Below, one piece after another: positions 13,101 to 24,118 of a DNA stretch of 40,733 bases. The stretch's first letter is position 1; every line of letters starts with the position of its first letter. The notes beneath the pieces were generated by a model, which saw nothing but the letters and a program-made list of their open reading frames with translations, was not told where the DNA came from and searched no databases. The stretch spans positions 1 through 40,733 of the forward strand of contig JALDZS010000205.1 of NCBI GenBank assembly GCA_022813965.1. Direction: 5' to 3'. Origin of the DNA: Toensbergia leucococca (Eukaryota). Both the position numbers and the translations under genes were made by a program.

Positions 13101-13357
13101 TATGAGTTCAACATCGACCGCGCCCGGAGAGAGGCCGGGTATCCTTACTTGACTTATGTTGCTGGGGAGGTAAGCTGCAATAATCTAGAAAAACTTCTTC
13201 CAATCCACTTAGAACCCTCACTAATTACTCTCTTTCAATCCAGATCTTTGACGTCATCGGCGAAAAGGGCGAGCTATGGCTAGCCAAGAACCAGGACGAC
13301 GCCACGAACCAAGTCGGCTGGATCTGGAACAAGCATTTCGCCAAGCTGGCTTCTTAG
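7104..13357 (+). CDS. Rho guanine nucleotide exchange factor, DH + BAR + C-terminal SH3-like (Tuba/DNMBP-like architecture), ~2041 aa
   Basis: Exons 7104-11954, 12009-13169, 13244-13357. Introns GTGAGT..TACTAAC..TAG and GTAAGC..CTAAT..CAG keep the frame. DH motifs RRHIIKELVDTEHSF and LLVKPVQRILKYPLLL; helical BAR-like region; SH3-like ASVYEF...YLTYVAGEIFDVIG...GWIWNKHF. Long Ser/Pro-rich N-terminus. Start codon less certain (alternative ATG 7503). Confidence 0.92.
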
Positions 13358-14384
13358 ATAAGCTTCCCACTTTTTGCAACCTTTTTTCTCGGCCTTTTAT
13401 TCTCTCGACAAACGCTACCTAAATTACGACTTGATCAAACCTAGACATTCTCCTGATTAGATAGATCCACGACATTACGCCTCTCGCTCAACACCACAAT
13501 GCCGACACATCTCCCTCCCGCCTACGGCCAGCATTCACAGAACGGGCCTCCTCCTCCTCGACTCTAGGGAAGGAAAGCATGTACACGGCGCTCACGGCGC
13601 AGTTATCTTCTCCCCCAACGTCGGTAATTCTTCTCCGTTTGTGTGTAAGGGCTACAGCATTTCCATCCACAGCGGATCCCTAACCTTTTCTCATTTGCTT
13701 TTTGTCCAAGTTGATCTCTTTTTTTTTCTCAGGAATCTGCTCCTTGTTTTTTTCGGATTTTGTGGGGATAAATAAAGGATAGGAATAAGGAACCGGAGCA
13801 GTGGAGTGGACATAGGTATGCGTAATGAATGACGCACGCATGTACGCAGGTTGCGTCTTTTTCCCGTCCTTCTTCCCTTCTTTCTCATTTGGCTTTCTTT
13901 TGCCCTTTGTTGTTGGCGCCCAGATGTGTGTTTGTGAAGGGTAGTTGTAGTCTAGATACCCCCTCCCCCACCTATATTTTTTTTCCAAAAAAAAACTTTT
14001 CTTCCTTTGAGAAGGGAAAAACATTCCTTGGATGTTTCTATATGCCCTGACGTTTTTGCCTGTGAGGATGTATGACACCCGGAGTATTCACTTGTTTAAT
14101 TTGAGGCGGATGTGTGTGATATGACCCACCAGGTGTGTGTGTATACAATGAATGGGTATTAAATGGGTACTTGTATAACTAGGGACTGTGCTTTTTTCAA
14201 GTTTGTATTGAAGGGGGTTTGACAGCACTTTTTTTTTTGAAAGATGTGTGTTCTTTTTTTCATTCTTACTGTCACTCACTCTTTTTATTCATTCTCTTTT
14301 CTCTGAAGTCCTTTTGGAAAGGGGGGGGGATTTGTGCTGCTTGGTCTGTTTTTTTTGAGCTGAGCTGTGAACTTCTTAAGGCTG

Positions 14385-14470
14385 AGGGGGAGGGAGGGGA
14401 GGGGAGGGGAGGGGGTAGGTAGGTAGGTAGGTAAATAAGTAAATAAGTAAGTAGGCAGCTAAGTAAGTAG
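14385..14470 (+). repeat. G-rich (GGGGA)n tract followed by (GTAG)n/(GTAA)n simple repeats
   Basis: gagggggagggaggggaggggaggggagggggtaggtaggtaggtaggtaaataagtaaataagtaagtagg. Confidence 0.85.
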
Positions 14471-14999
14471 TCAGCCTCAGCCAACCAAGCATAACCATCA
14501 CAACCTCAACCCCCCTCCCTCCTCACAAATCGCACCATTCTCACACCCACACCCACATTCAAAAAAAACAAAAAAACATACCTTTCTCAAACCATCACAC
14601 CGCACACACCACACATAAACCTCCTATCTAAAACTCTTTCCTACACACAATCAAGACCCAGCTCCCCAAACCTACAATTTTCCAATTTCCGAAACCTATC
14701 AAGATGACCGAAAAACCCCACCCCCCCCCCCACCCCCGGCCCGATTATCAAGACCAAGCATGTTATTATTACCTTTTGCATGCCAGATGACCTACAAAGA
14801 GGGTAGATAGACTGAGGAAACAGACGTAGTAGAGAATTTTGGAACCGATCAATCGATCAATAGCTGAGTGAGAGGGGGCAACCAAAATTCATTCAAGCTA
14901 GCTGAGGTCCAAGTATGCTATGATATGTCTTGCTAACTAAACAGGCATGATTGCTACGGTTCCGGTTCACGTGGTGAAAGTGGATGGAGCGCTGTTTCG

Positions 15000-17900
15000 C
15001 TACTGGGGTGGTCGAGGAAGGGCTGATTGATTGCTCACGTCGATGGCGTCGGCGTCTTTGTTCGTTGTCGAAGTAGGCAGTTCCGATTTGTGATGTAGAG
15101 GCTCGGTAGCTTCATCTTTGGCTGTAGTAGTAGAGCCCTCGTCTCTAGCTGTAGTGTCCTCGTTCATGACCTTGTTCTCAGGATCGTAATCTTCAGCCAA
15201 TTCCCCATCCGCCTCAACCCTTTGACTCTCTACCTCGACCCCTTTACCAACTCCTCCCCACTTCTCTTCCTCCTCCGCCTCCTCCTTCCTCGCCTCCTCC
15301 TCCCAATCATCAACCACAGCCTCTCTTTCCCTCTTTCTCTCCTCCTTCTCCTTTCTCTTCGCATCGCGCATCTTACTGCCCAAAACCGTGTATACACTCT
15401 TCTCACCCACAGCCATTAACTTCGGTGCTTGTCTCGGCGCTGCGCCTTTGGCGGCGACGTGGCTCCATCCGCCGTTCGCGTTGATCTCGCTGAGCTCGCG
15501 GCGGAGTATGTTGAGGGAAGAATCTAAGGCGCAGAGTTGAATTGAGACGGCCAGGTGGTTTGAGAGTATTGTTGCGGATAATGCGGGTTTCATTGCTCGA
15601 AGGATAGCTTCAATAGAGGGGCTGGGGGTTGTTGTAGATGCTGATATTGAGTGAGCTTTGAGAACAATTTCTTCGCTTGGGAGGAACGAAATGTCGATCA
15701 CGAGGCTAGGTGAAGATTTCAGGGTCGAGGATAAGTCGGCACGAAGATCCTCGAGTGTGAGGCCAAAGCGTGGGCCAGTCAACAAGAATCCATTGTATGG
15801 CTCGTTATGAGCATTTAATTTCTTCTGCGCTTCGGCTATGGTCGTGCTCGACGCTTCGGCGGATGTACGAATCCGAACACATTCAGCAAGAGTTTTCATA
15901 GGAGCCATCACAAATCTTGGCGTTTTGAAAATTGCAACATGGCGGTGCGGCTCAGGATCCATGCTCTCGCTGTCAAATCCGAAATCGTCTGCAAGAGAAT
16001 GAATAAAGGCTCTCTGGTGTGGAGGCATAGGCTTGAATCGTAGTCGTTTCTCTGCTTCATCGGCTGCAAATACGCGGAATTCTCGTTCTTGAATTTGTGC
16101 CCATTTCACACCTTCTTGGAACATATATAAAGTGTCCATAGCGTAAGGAATATGCTCGTCCTTGTGTTCCTCAGGGTCAATATTCAAAGCCAAGGCGAGT
16201 TTCCTGTTCCTCGCTAGCCTTGCACATTCGTCGTCACAATTCAGACTCTTTTTACTGTTGCCCTCGCTCGTCTTGGAAGCGTTACACTTCGTTTCTTGCT
16301 TCAGATGCTGACACTCACACGTAATGAACATCTTATTTTGGCACGCTTTCTCCTCACGACAAAACGAGGGAGCATGGCATTGCTCTTCGCAAGGATGCCC
16401 GCAAGCCCTTTTTGCTTTCCCGCAAGCTTGGTGACAGTGTGTTCCGGCGTCTTCACATTCTCCAAGTCGATGACACGGTTTGCGACAGAAGTGAGACCCA
16501 CACTTTAACTTCCTTCCACAGACCTCCCCACATCGAACGTCCACAAGCCAGCAGGGCTGATTTTGTAGAGTCTTCTTGCCGCACATACAGGGCTTCTCCT
16601 TTAAGAAAGGACATTTTGGGCACTGTTCTTGTTCACCATGACAATTATGTGGAACGCGGGGATGTCCACATCTAGTTGGCCTTCCACAATCAAATCTACA
16701 AGGCGGCGATGTTGTACCACAAGGTAATGGAGGCTGGAGGACGGTTCGACCGCAGTGGCAGCTAATCTCATCGAAAACAGCTTCTCGACAACTTCCACAA
16801 GGGCCTCTATGGCAAAGCTCCGGGCAAGCATGGTTACCACACTTTAGCGTACGTCCACAGACGCGAGTACAAATATGCTCAGCTTCGAAGCCTTCATCTA
16901 GTACCCGAGATGAAGCTCCTAGAGGCCGAAGCTTGCGTTTTGTCGCCTGCCGTTCGGCTGCCCGTCGCTCTCCTGAACAGCATTGTTGGCCACACTCATG
17001 ACGTCCACAATTGAGGCTCGCTTTGCATGTCCGCATGCATTGCGGTGGCTCTTCCTTTCCCGTATGGCAAATAGTATCTGATGTAGTACGACCGCAACGG
17101 CAAGCAACGGCAACAATCATAGCACAGGGAGGGCATGTACCATAGTGGCAGGTTTGCCGACAACGGTGGCCGCATTGTAGCTTTTTCGAACATTCCTTCT
17201 CGCAATTTGGAATTGGGTCTGTGCAAGACTGGCGGACTTTATCAGAAATCTCCGCAAGCAACGTCTTTCCGCAGGGGCAGCTAGACACAATGTCTGGGGA
17301 TCTAGGGCAGTGGGATGATTCGAGCTCTTGTGGGTGGCACAAGCGCTCACATTCATGCTTTCCGCAGTCGTAAGATCTCTGACAAATGGTACCACACTCA
17401 AACATCCCAATCCATTCATCCCTAATTTTCACGCCGTGTTCATCGTGAAAATCCCTACTCCCCTTCTGGTCTCCACGCTCGCAGCAGAGAATTGGCCGCT
17501 CGACCTTTCCGCAGTAGCATCGGCTATCGATCTCAACATCGCAAGCGCCGCACAAACCTTCATGGCATGGCTTCTGACACATGTGCTCTCCACAAGGCAT
17601 TGGATCTCCACAATTATTCCCACAGCTCCATCCAGCATCGTAATTCGTATCCAAGCACCTCCGAGAAGTCACTAATTTACCGCAAAAGCAACTTTGAACG
17701 GGACCAACGTGTGTACATGGAGGGCATGGGCCAGCATGGCACGGTAGTTCACAAGGATGTGGGCATTTTCTTGGTAGTCCTCGATGTTTGCCGCATGTTT
17801 GTCCACATGAATGTGGAGGAAGTCCAGAGATAGCTCGCGGATCAACCTCTTTCTCACACCAACATGTGTACGAAGAAGGAAGGACATCCTTTGGCAGATT

Positions 17901-18818
17901 ACATCCAGGACATCTCCATTGCCTTGGTGGAGGTACATCTCCATTCTGTGTCTGCTGAGGAGCCAAAGTGGAACCTTCGTTTGTGGACCATTTCTTGATG
18001 CAAGTAAGGTGGAATACTGTCCAACATGTCTTACATGACCAAATTCTGGAGTTTCGTCCGATCTCACTCGTGCAGATGGGACATTCATACAGCCCATTTG
18101 CAATATCCTCATGGGTACGTGTGGGGATATCCGGAGCGGTAGACTTGAGACTTGATCCTCTTCGTAGAATAGCTCCCCTGCCTTGCATATGACGCTGCGC
18201 TGGTGGAGGAGGCTTGCCGGCCTTACCAGGTGCAGGCCGATGGGCATGTGGGCGACCTGGGCGAAATTCTGGGGCATCTGCTTGCAAAGAGGATGTCAAC
18301 CGTGATGTAGTATTCGCTTCGGGTTCCGTAGTGAGACGTCCTCCAAATTGCCTCCCCGGACCAGTCATCATCCCACGGCGGGTCGAAGGATGCAATCCTT
18401 GATTCTGAGGGATATAGCCTGACACCCCTTCCTCCACGCTTCCTCGGCTTTTACCCTCATGCCCTTGCCCAAAGTAATTTCCTCCTCTTTCCTGTCCTCT
18501 CATCCCTCGGCCACTTGTCCCTCTAGGTATGCCAGTCTCTCCTGATGAGGTTTCTGTACTCGATAGATCCTGTGAAGATGGCTCTGATAGCGGTATAATT
18601 GGCGCTGGTATGGATGCGAGCAAAGCAACTCCCCTCGGCTGATTATTGTCTTGGCCTTCTTCTTGCGTTTGTGTATTCCGCAAATCATGACGATTGTCAT
18701 GTGGTGCAGGGACTTGATCATGGCTCCTTTGCGGCTTTCTCCAATTCCGCCTTGGTCTCGGAGTGTGATGAGACGTAGCCTGCGAGGGAACTGGGGGGCC
18801 CGAGTCAACGGAGGCCAT
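15000..18818 (-). CDS. FAP1: NF-X1-type zinc finger / RING / R3H domain protein (FAP1/NFX1 homolog), 1272 aa
   Basis: Intronless ORF, first ATG at 18818. RING-like YECPIC...WSCKTCWTVFHLTCIKKW...WRCPGC; many CGxHxCxxxCHxGxCxxC NF-X1 repeats; R3H motif FKPMPPHQRAFIHSLADDFGFDSESMD. Confidence 0.95.
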   Translation of the reverse strand: MASVDSGPPVPSQATSHHTPRPRRNWRKPQRSHDQVPAPHDNRHDLRNTQTQEEGQDNNQPRGVALLASIPAPIIPLSEPSSQDLSSTETSSGETGIPRGTSGRGMRGQERGGNYFGQGHEGKSRGSVEEGVSGYIPQNQGLHPSTRRGMMTGPGRQFGGRLTTEPEANTTSRLTSSLQADAPEFRPGRPHAHRPAPGKAGKPPPPAQRHMQGRGAILRRGSSLKSTAPDIPTRTHEDIANGLYECPICTSEIGRNSRIWSCKTCWTVFHLTCIKKWSTNEGSTLAPQQTQNGDVPPPRQWRCPGCNLPKDVLPSSYTCWCEKEVDPRAISGLPPHSCGQTCGKHRGLPRKCPHPCELPCHAGPCPPCTHVGPVQSCFCGKLVTSRRCLDTNYDAGWSCGNNCGDPMPCGEHMCQKPCHEGLCGACDVEIDSRCYCGKVERPILCCERGDQKGSRDFHDEHGVKIRDEWIGMFECGTICQRSYDCGKHECERLCHPQELESSHCPRSPDIVSSCPCGKTLLAEISDKVRQSCTDPIPNCEKECSKKLQCGHRCRQTCHYGTCPPCAMIVAVACRCGRTTSDTICHTGKEEPPQCMRTCKASLNCGRHECGQQCCSGERRAAERQATKRKLRPLGASSRVLDEGFEAEHICTRVCGRTLKCGNHACPELCHRGPCGSCREAVFDEISCHCGRTVLQPPLPCGTTSPPCRFDCGRPTRCGHPRVPHNCHGEQEQCPKCPFLKEKPCMCGKKTLQNQPCWLVDVRCGEVCGRKLKCGSHFCRKPCHRLGECEDAGTHCHQACGKAKRACGHPCEEQCHAPSFCREEKACQNKMFITCECQHLKQETKCNASKTSEGNSKKSLNCDDECARLARNRKLALALNIDPEEHKDEHIPYAMDTLYMFQEGVKWAQIQEREFRVFAADEAEKRLRFKPMPPHQRAFIHSLADDFGFDSESMDPEPHRHVAIFKTPRFVMAPMKTLAECVRIRTSAEASSTTIAEAQKKLNAHNEPYNGFLLTGPRFGLTLEDLRADLSSTLKSSPSLVIDISFLPSEEIVLKAHSISASTTTPSPSIEAILRAMKPALSATILSNHLAVSIQLCALDSSLNILRRELSEINANGGWSHVAAKGAAPRQAPKLMAVGEKSVYTVLGSKMRDAKRKEKEERKREREAVVDDWEEEARKEEAEEEEKWGGVGKGVEVESQRVEADGELAEDYDPENKVMNEDTTARDEGSTTTAKDEATEPLHHKSELPTSTTNKDADAIDVSNQSALPRPPQ

Positions 18819-19333
18819 GATAAACTTCAAACTCCACGATGGGAGCTAAGGGCGTATTGCACGAAATGTTATTTGAGAGAATATCTCTAAATATGGTTCA
18901 CAGTATCCGTACAGATGAAGAAGCTGGACCACAGCTATATTATGGCCCTTGGGCTATGTGTATAAGCTGGAAGGCTTCGAATACAAACAACTGAATGGAA
19001 AGGTAGGTACGCAAGATTGTCCTTGGTATTGCCACTGTGTGGCAACATCAATGATTTTGAGTGGAAATCAAACCACTGTATAACACTCGGGCAGAGTTTA
19101 TCCGAGCACCGAAGATCACTTGTATTTGTGAGTCAGAAAAAGGATGATTTCTTGTTAGCTATTGTGCGTCTAGGTAGGTACTCTGCACTTCTAGATTGCT
19201 AGATTCTCTCAAATTGGTACGAGTATACATTCGGGGACACTGATTCTCCAGGTTATATCTGTTCCATAAAGAGACCACCCTCAGCCTGACTCATGCCCCT
19301 CTGAAGCCTACTGAAGCCGAATCTTTCCTTTCA

Positions 19334-19696
19334 CTACTCCGTAGTCTTTGCAACCAATGCTAACATTTCCTACCTCTCTTCTCTAATCAGTTTAAGTTCC
19401 TGTTTGAAAGCTCATTTCGGAGCCCAGCATCTTCTTTCGATAATCCCATAGCTCCAGCCCTGTTTATTACCGTCCCAGATAATAGCCTGCTCCAGAATCG
19501 CGTAACGATGACGAATATCGGCCTGTTCGACGCCTAAACACTCGACGCAACTAGGGACAGGTATCTCTTGAATCAGTCGAATGTTGCTGTCGTTGCAGGA
19601 CAGATTTGAAAAGGAGAAGCCGGTCGGACATTCTTCAATTAATTGGTAGCGGCGGATGTGGCCGCAAGGAGAAACTGAACGGTAGATTTGACACAT
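19334..19696 (-). pseudogene. Small Cys-rich MC..CGH-type protein, apparently truncated by premature stops (or a short 94-aa gene ending at 19412)
   Basis: MCQIYRSVSPCGH...C...C...SCVEC, then a helical tail. After TGA (19414-19412) the frame continues AFKQELKLIREER*EMLALVAKTTE*. Confidence 0.5.
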
Positions 19697-20060
19697 TATG
19701 CAAGGTGACTCTATGAATCCAAAGTTGAAAATTTGGGGAATGGATTGCTTACCTTGCGATCTTAAGAATGGCGAGAGACAGTAGGGAATCAGCTGCTCCA
19801 AATTTGCTGAAGTCACTGAGTTTGAGCTGGTGTTACCAGTCTGTTGGGGCTTTGATAAACATATGAGGAAACAAAGAGGTCCGAGTCATGCATTCCCTTG
19901 TTCGCATTGTAAAGTATAAAGGCATTGTATGTGGGTATTGATAAATCAAAGAAGCACGCTAAGAGACATCTTTCTTGGCTTTCTTTGTCTACACCACATC
20001 TTCAGGTACCTCTGGAGTCACTGACTGTGCAATAGTAAAAGACCGGCCGGGGGTAAATCA

Positions 20061-21172
20061 TCAGCTTGCTTTGAGTACCTGCTCCAAAATAAACTCGGAA
20101 ATGTAATTGAAGTAATATGGTTCAGCCACAGTATCATTGTGAGATCCGTTGGGTATAGATTTCCAGATCTTTGTATTGGCCCGGCACACAGAGTATAGCT
20201 GCTGCATATGTGATGGACTTGAATGAGACAAAATTAGCAGGTTCAACTTGGAGTGTGCGGCTGAAGGCAATACACAACTACACAACCAGGACTGTTCCTC
20301 GGTGACACTGTCAAATGCGCGAAAGGGGACTTACGGAATTATCTCATCTTTTAGCCCGCTAATAAATAGTACAGGGACTTCGGTGATTTGAGGAAGAAAA
20401 TCCTCACTCGGCCAGTACTGATGACACAGGGGAGCCAGGAATCTGGCAGGCGGGAAGGCACTAATCTTGAATTTAGCAGGACTCAAGGAGCGCTGCGCAT
20501 CGTGCATACCTAGGTATTAGCTTTCTCATTGTTGTAAATGTATTTTCTAGGATTAGGCCCACTACATCGCCAGCTTCTTGATTCTTTGCCACAAGCTGTA
20601 TACTGACAGCTCCTCCTAAGCTTTGTCCATAGACGACTACCTTGTTACCCCTTGTCTTGTCGTTTTGACGAATATAATCGAGACCAGTTTGTGCATCAAT
20701 CATGATACCTTTTTCATCTGGCCTGCCACTAGACAGTCCGTAGCCTCGATATTCCAGCATCAGGATGTTACACCCGAGGTTTTCTTCGAGTACTCTAGCT
20801 ATGGGTACTCGGTGCCCTATATTCCCAGCATTACCGTGGAACATTAGGATAGTGAGATTCCTGGCAAGACCCTTGTTAGAAGGTCGAATAAGAAAGGCAC
20901 TGAGAGTCTCTCCATCCGGGGTAGGTATTCTGAGGTCTTCATAATCGGCGATCCCAAATCGAGATGGGCGAGGTACACCTCCATCGGTCCTGGATCCTAT
21001 GGGCAGATTGCGCGGATAAATAAGCTCGCTACCATGAATGTCAGCTTTGACAATACTCGTTGCCTTACAAGACCCACTTCTGTTTAAAGTACAATAGTCC
21101 GCTGGCTACAGCAGCTAGACTAGAAGATATCAAAAAGGGAAGCCGAATATATGAAATTATATTTGCAGCCAT
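20061..21172 (-). CDS. BEM46: BEM46/ABHD13 family alpha/beta hydrolase, 298 aa
   Basis: Exons 21172-21078, 21028-20510, 20460-20335, 20217-20061 (897 nt). N-terminal TM anchor followed by LYFKQNELIYP; FHGNAGNIGHR; YRGYGLSSG; nucleophile GQSLG; GLKDEIIP; GSHNDT. Confidence 0.95.
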
Positions 21173-21523
21173 CTTTAGAAGGGTTGGAGAAATGACATTC
21201 GGGGAAGCCTTGGAGACTATAATGTAAAGAAGGATATTGGAGAGATCCCGATGCTTTGCTCGAGGAAGTGACTAAGAGGGCAGAGCCATGAGGACCGATC
21301 ACGTTGTTCCAGGTGAGATCAAGTCATCGAGAAGTTGGGGCTCGAAATAAAGTTTGCGTATCAACTATCATGCCCGATCTGCACGCAATCCTAGCAAGGT
21401 TGATGATACCGATATTGTTCAGCGCAGAGAGGTAGATAATTATCGTCGGGTGGAACAAATTTGTGAAGGTTGAGGCATGCGAGATGATAGATTTTATATT
21501 CAAAAATAAATCCCAAAAATTCC

Positions 21524-21629
21524 AGTCTAGTGGCGCAGTGGTAGCGCGTCGTTCTTATATGGGTCCCAGCACCAATATGATATCATTCCTGCAATGCGAA
21601 TGTCGTGGGTTCGACCCCCACCTAGACTA
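21524..21629 (+). tRNA. tRNA-Ile (anticodon TAT) with a 34-nt intron (21560-21593)
   Basis: Acceptor stem AGTCTAG/CTAGACT with discriminator A; D arm GCGC-AGTGGTA-GCGC; anticodon arm TCGTT-CT-TAT-A|intron|A-TGCGA; T arm GTGGG-TTCGACC-CCCAC; Pol III terminator TTTTT at 21633-21637. Confidence 0.93.
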
Positions 21630-22753
21630 TGCTTTTTGCACCGTTAGATGACACATATAAGTCGTATGCGGGGTGCAGAGCATTTGTTAACATCTGTCCA
21701 TTTTGTTATGGCGAGCGTGGCGAGATGCGTTCGTAGGGACTCTGGGACTTCGGATGTTCAGCTCGCCTAATCACGCAGTCCCGTGCGTGACTTTAGCCTC
21801 TATTCTAGCGTGGTTTCCTCACGTCAAACTTAACACAACACCAAGGTTTCTATTGCGCCCAGCACAAAGCTGTAAAGAGAAGCTTGTTTCAATCTTTTGC
21901 AGTAACAGGAAAAAGAGTCTTTGGTGATCGCCGCCACTAATACCAAGATACAACGTCCTTCGTCTAGAGAAAAGCCTCTACCAATTTATGGTGGAGCCCG
22001 AAAGTGCCTTAGAATCCATACATCTTACCAAAATCGAGATACTGTGCCTGCGGCTCTTGTGACATCACCGAGTCAATACAATAGCACACCTCACTACGGA
22101 AGGTATCCGGCAGTTACAGATTGCAAGCACTGAGACATCACTTTGATAGCCTCATAGATGGCAAACAAGCAACCGAAATTTCTGTCAAACGCACTTCAAG
22201 ACCCTAAAACATCATGCTGACAAGAGAACGTCGTCATCATGCTACAAGATACCCATATCCATCTGTCCAATATATCGTATAGTGGTTGGTCTCCATATCT
22301 GTTCGTATTATCTAGTTTCACCTGAGACACACTCCTTAACCAAAGACCATGTCAGTGGCCCACAACGGGAGATGATTTAAGCGGTGCTTGGCGGTCCGTA
22401 AAAGCACTGCAACTGATATCCAAGATGCTAATGCTCTTTTTGACTGGCTGTGAGGCCATAGAATGGGTTTATTTGTACCCATTTAGCCATAGGGTAATAT
22501 GACTTTCTTCGGTCCGGTGCTTGCAGTCAGAAATCATACTCCTGATCAGCAACTTTCACCTAGCCATTCTTCAGAGTCTTATAAGTATGCCCCTTTTCAA
22601 CGCAAAACATATTCGAATGTTCCAATCCAATCAGTGTTTTCCGCGAGCCTCATGCCGTTGCTTGGGAAAACCATCATGTCCTTGTGCATTTACTGACTTG
22701 ATAATGACTTCGAATAATTCGTCTGGGAAGCTGTCTACCACTAGTGGACATGA

Positions 22754-23302
22754 GTGGTTTCGACTTGCTCCGTGTCTCGGCATTTTGGATATTGGCGGTA
22801 GTCAAACGTTGACCTCGCGGCTGTGATCAACAGTAACCTCGGCGTTAATATTACGTGGGCGCATTACGAGCCAAACTCATGGATCAAGAATTAGCTTATC
22901 ACGTTCTTGGGCATCGGGATAGGACTCTGTGGTCCCATCGGCGCCGCCTGCTCCATCGCTTTCTCTATGGGCATCACCGCTATCCAAACCCCGGATAATT
23001 TCATTAGCGACAACGTATTGGGCCTGTCGGACGACATTCTGATGGCCATGACAGTATCGGCTAGAGAGGCCCAAAAGTATGTCCCACTGGATTGCATTGA
23101 TGATCCAGCGGCAAGCAGAGCAGCGACTATTTCTCTGGGTACACTAAATACGAAGAAGATGGAAGGTAATCCAAGTGAGCTGGCCATGGCTTTGAGAGCG
23201 CACTTTGAGAGGGAGGGTTTGATAGTTCCATCACCTTGGTTCGCGGATCGTATGCCGAAGCCGGAGAAGGCTCCTACCCTTGACGAATTGGTAGTAGAAT
23301 AG
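22754..23302 (+). pseudogene. Pseudogene (C-terminal part of an unknown fungal protein with a hydrophobic hairpin)
   Basis: The frame of ORF 22907-23302 extends upstream through two TAG stops (22799, 22892): SRHFGYWR*SNVDLAAVINSNLGVNITWAHYEPNSWIKN*LITFLGIGIGLCGPIGAACSIAFSMG. The 5' part could not be reconstructed. Confidence 0.55.
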
Positions 23303-23479
23303 CACTTGCTAGGATAATGGCTGAAGGGACGTGATAGGGTAGCATTGATCTACATACATGATTCAACATCATGGTATGGTGGTATAATAGAGATCTTCAT
23401 GATTCAAAACAGCCCTAGGGTCATTTGTTCATCATGACTCAGCTAAAGAAATTGCCTATATAGCATACCTGGAATCCCT

Positions 23480-23800
23480 TCACTCGTTAGACCTTAGGCA
23501 ATTTAATCGTATATTGAACAATAGATTATGATGCCTGAGTTAGTGATTTCATCATACATAAAATAGATCATTCTTCACCTTTGTCAAAATAGGATTAACT
23601 CACATAGCGTTCTTATCATGAGATTCTGACTGAAAGACATTAAAAGTACTTCAAAAAATTATCTCAGCTTCTTAATTTCTCAATACTTTACCTTCATTGA
23701 CTTTATTAACTTTCTCAATATTAATGCAGTGATAAAAGAATTCAATTGTACTCATACTGAAGTTAACACATTATCATGTTTTCACAGTACTATCATGGTG
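23480..23800. mobile_element. Short AT-rich RIP-like relic
   Basis: Local AT-rich, CpG-poor island between the pseudogene and the PRE3 promoter. Boundaries are approximate. Confidence 0.4.
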
Positions 23801-24118
23801 TGCGCATTCATAGTGAGGCTCAACAGGTAGTAGGATTTCAATGTAATGAAAAGGAAAGGGAAAAGCAGATGTTGAGTAAGTGGACGTCTACTTAAACGCT
23901 GTACGGAGTACCTTACCTTAGCTGCATGGATTTAAGGTTTTATATCGCCAGTTAGTGGCGTAACATTGGTAAGGAATATCGTTCTACATCACGCGTTCCA
24001 TGCTGCCTGGTTCATCCACAGTAGTGAGACATTGTTTGTAAAAACATTTCTACCTCCTCTCTTTTCCTGGGTCAACCGTATTCCTGCAAATTACTTGGAT
24101 TGCTGTGCTAAGATCCTG

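Noticed and set aside
13680..14484. Lys-rich and Phe-rich ORFs
   Set aside because: They arise from poly-T/poly-A low-complexity sequence between convergent genes.
23946..23964. Rpn4/PACE element upstream of PRE3
   Set aside because: AGTGGCGTA matches GGTGGCAAA only partially.
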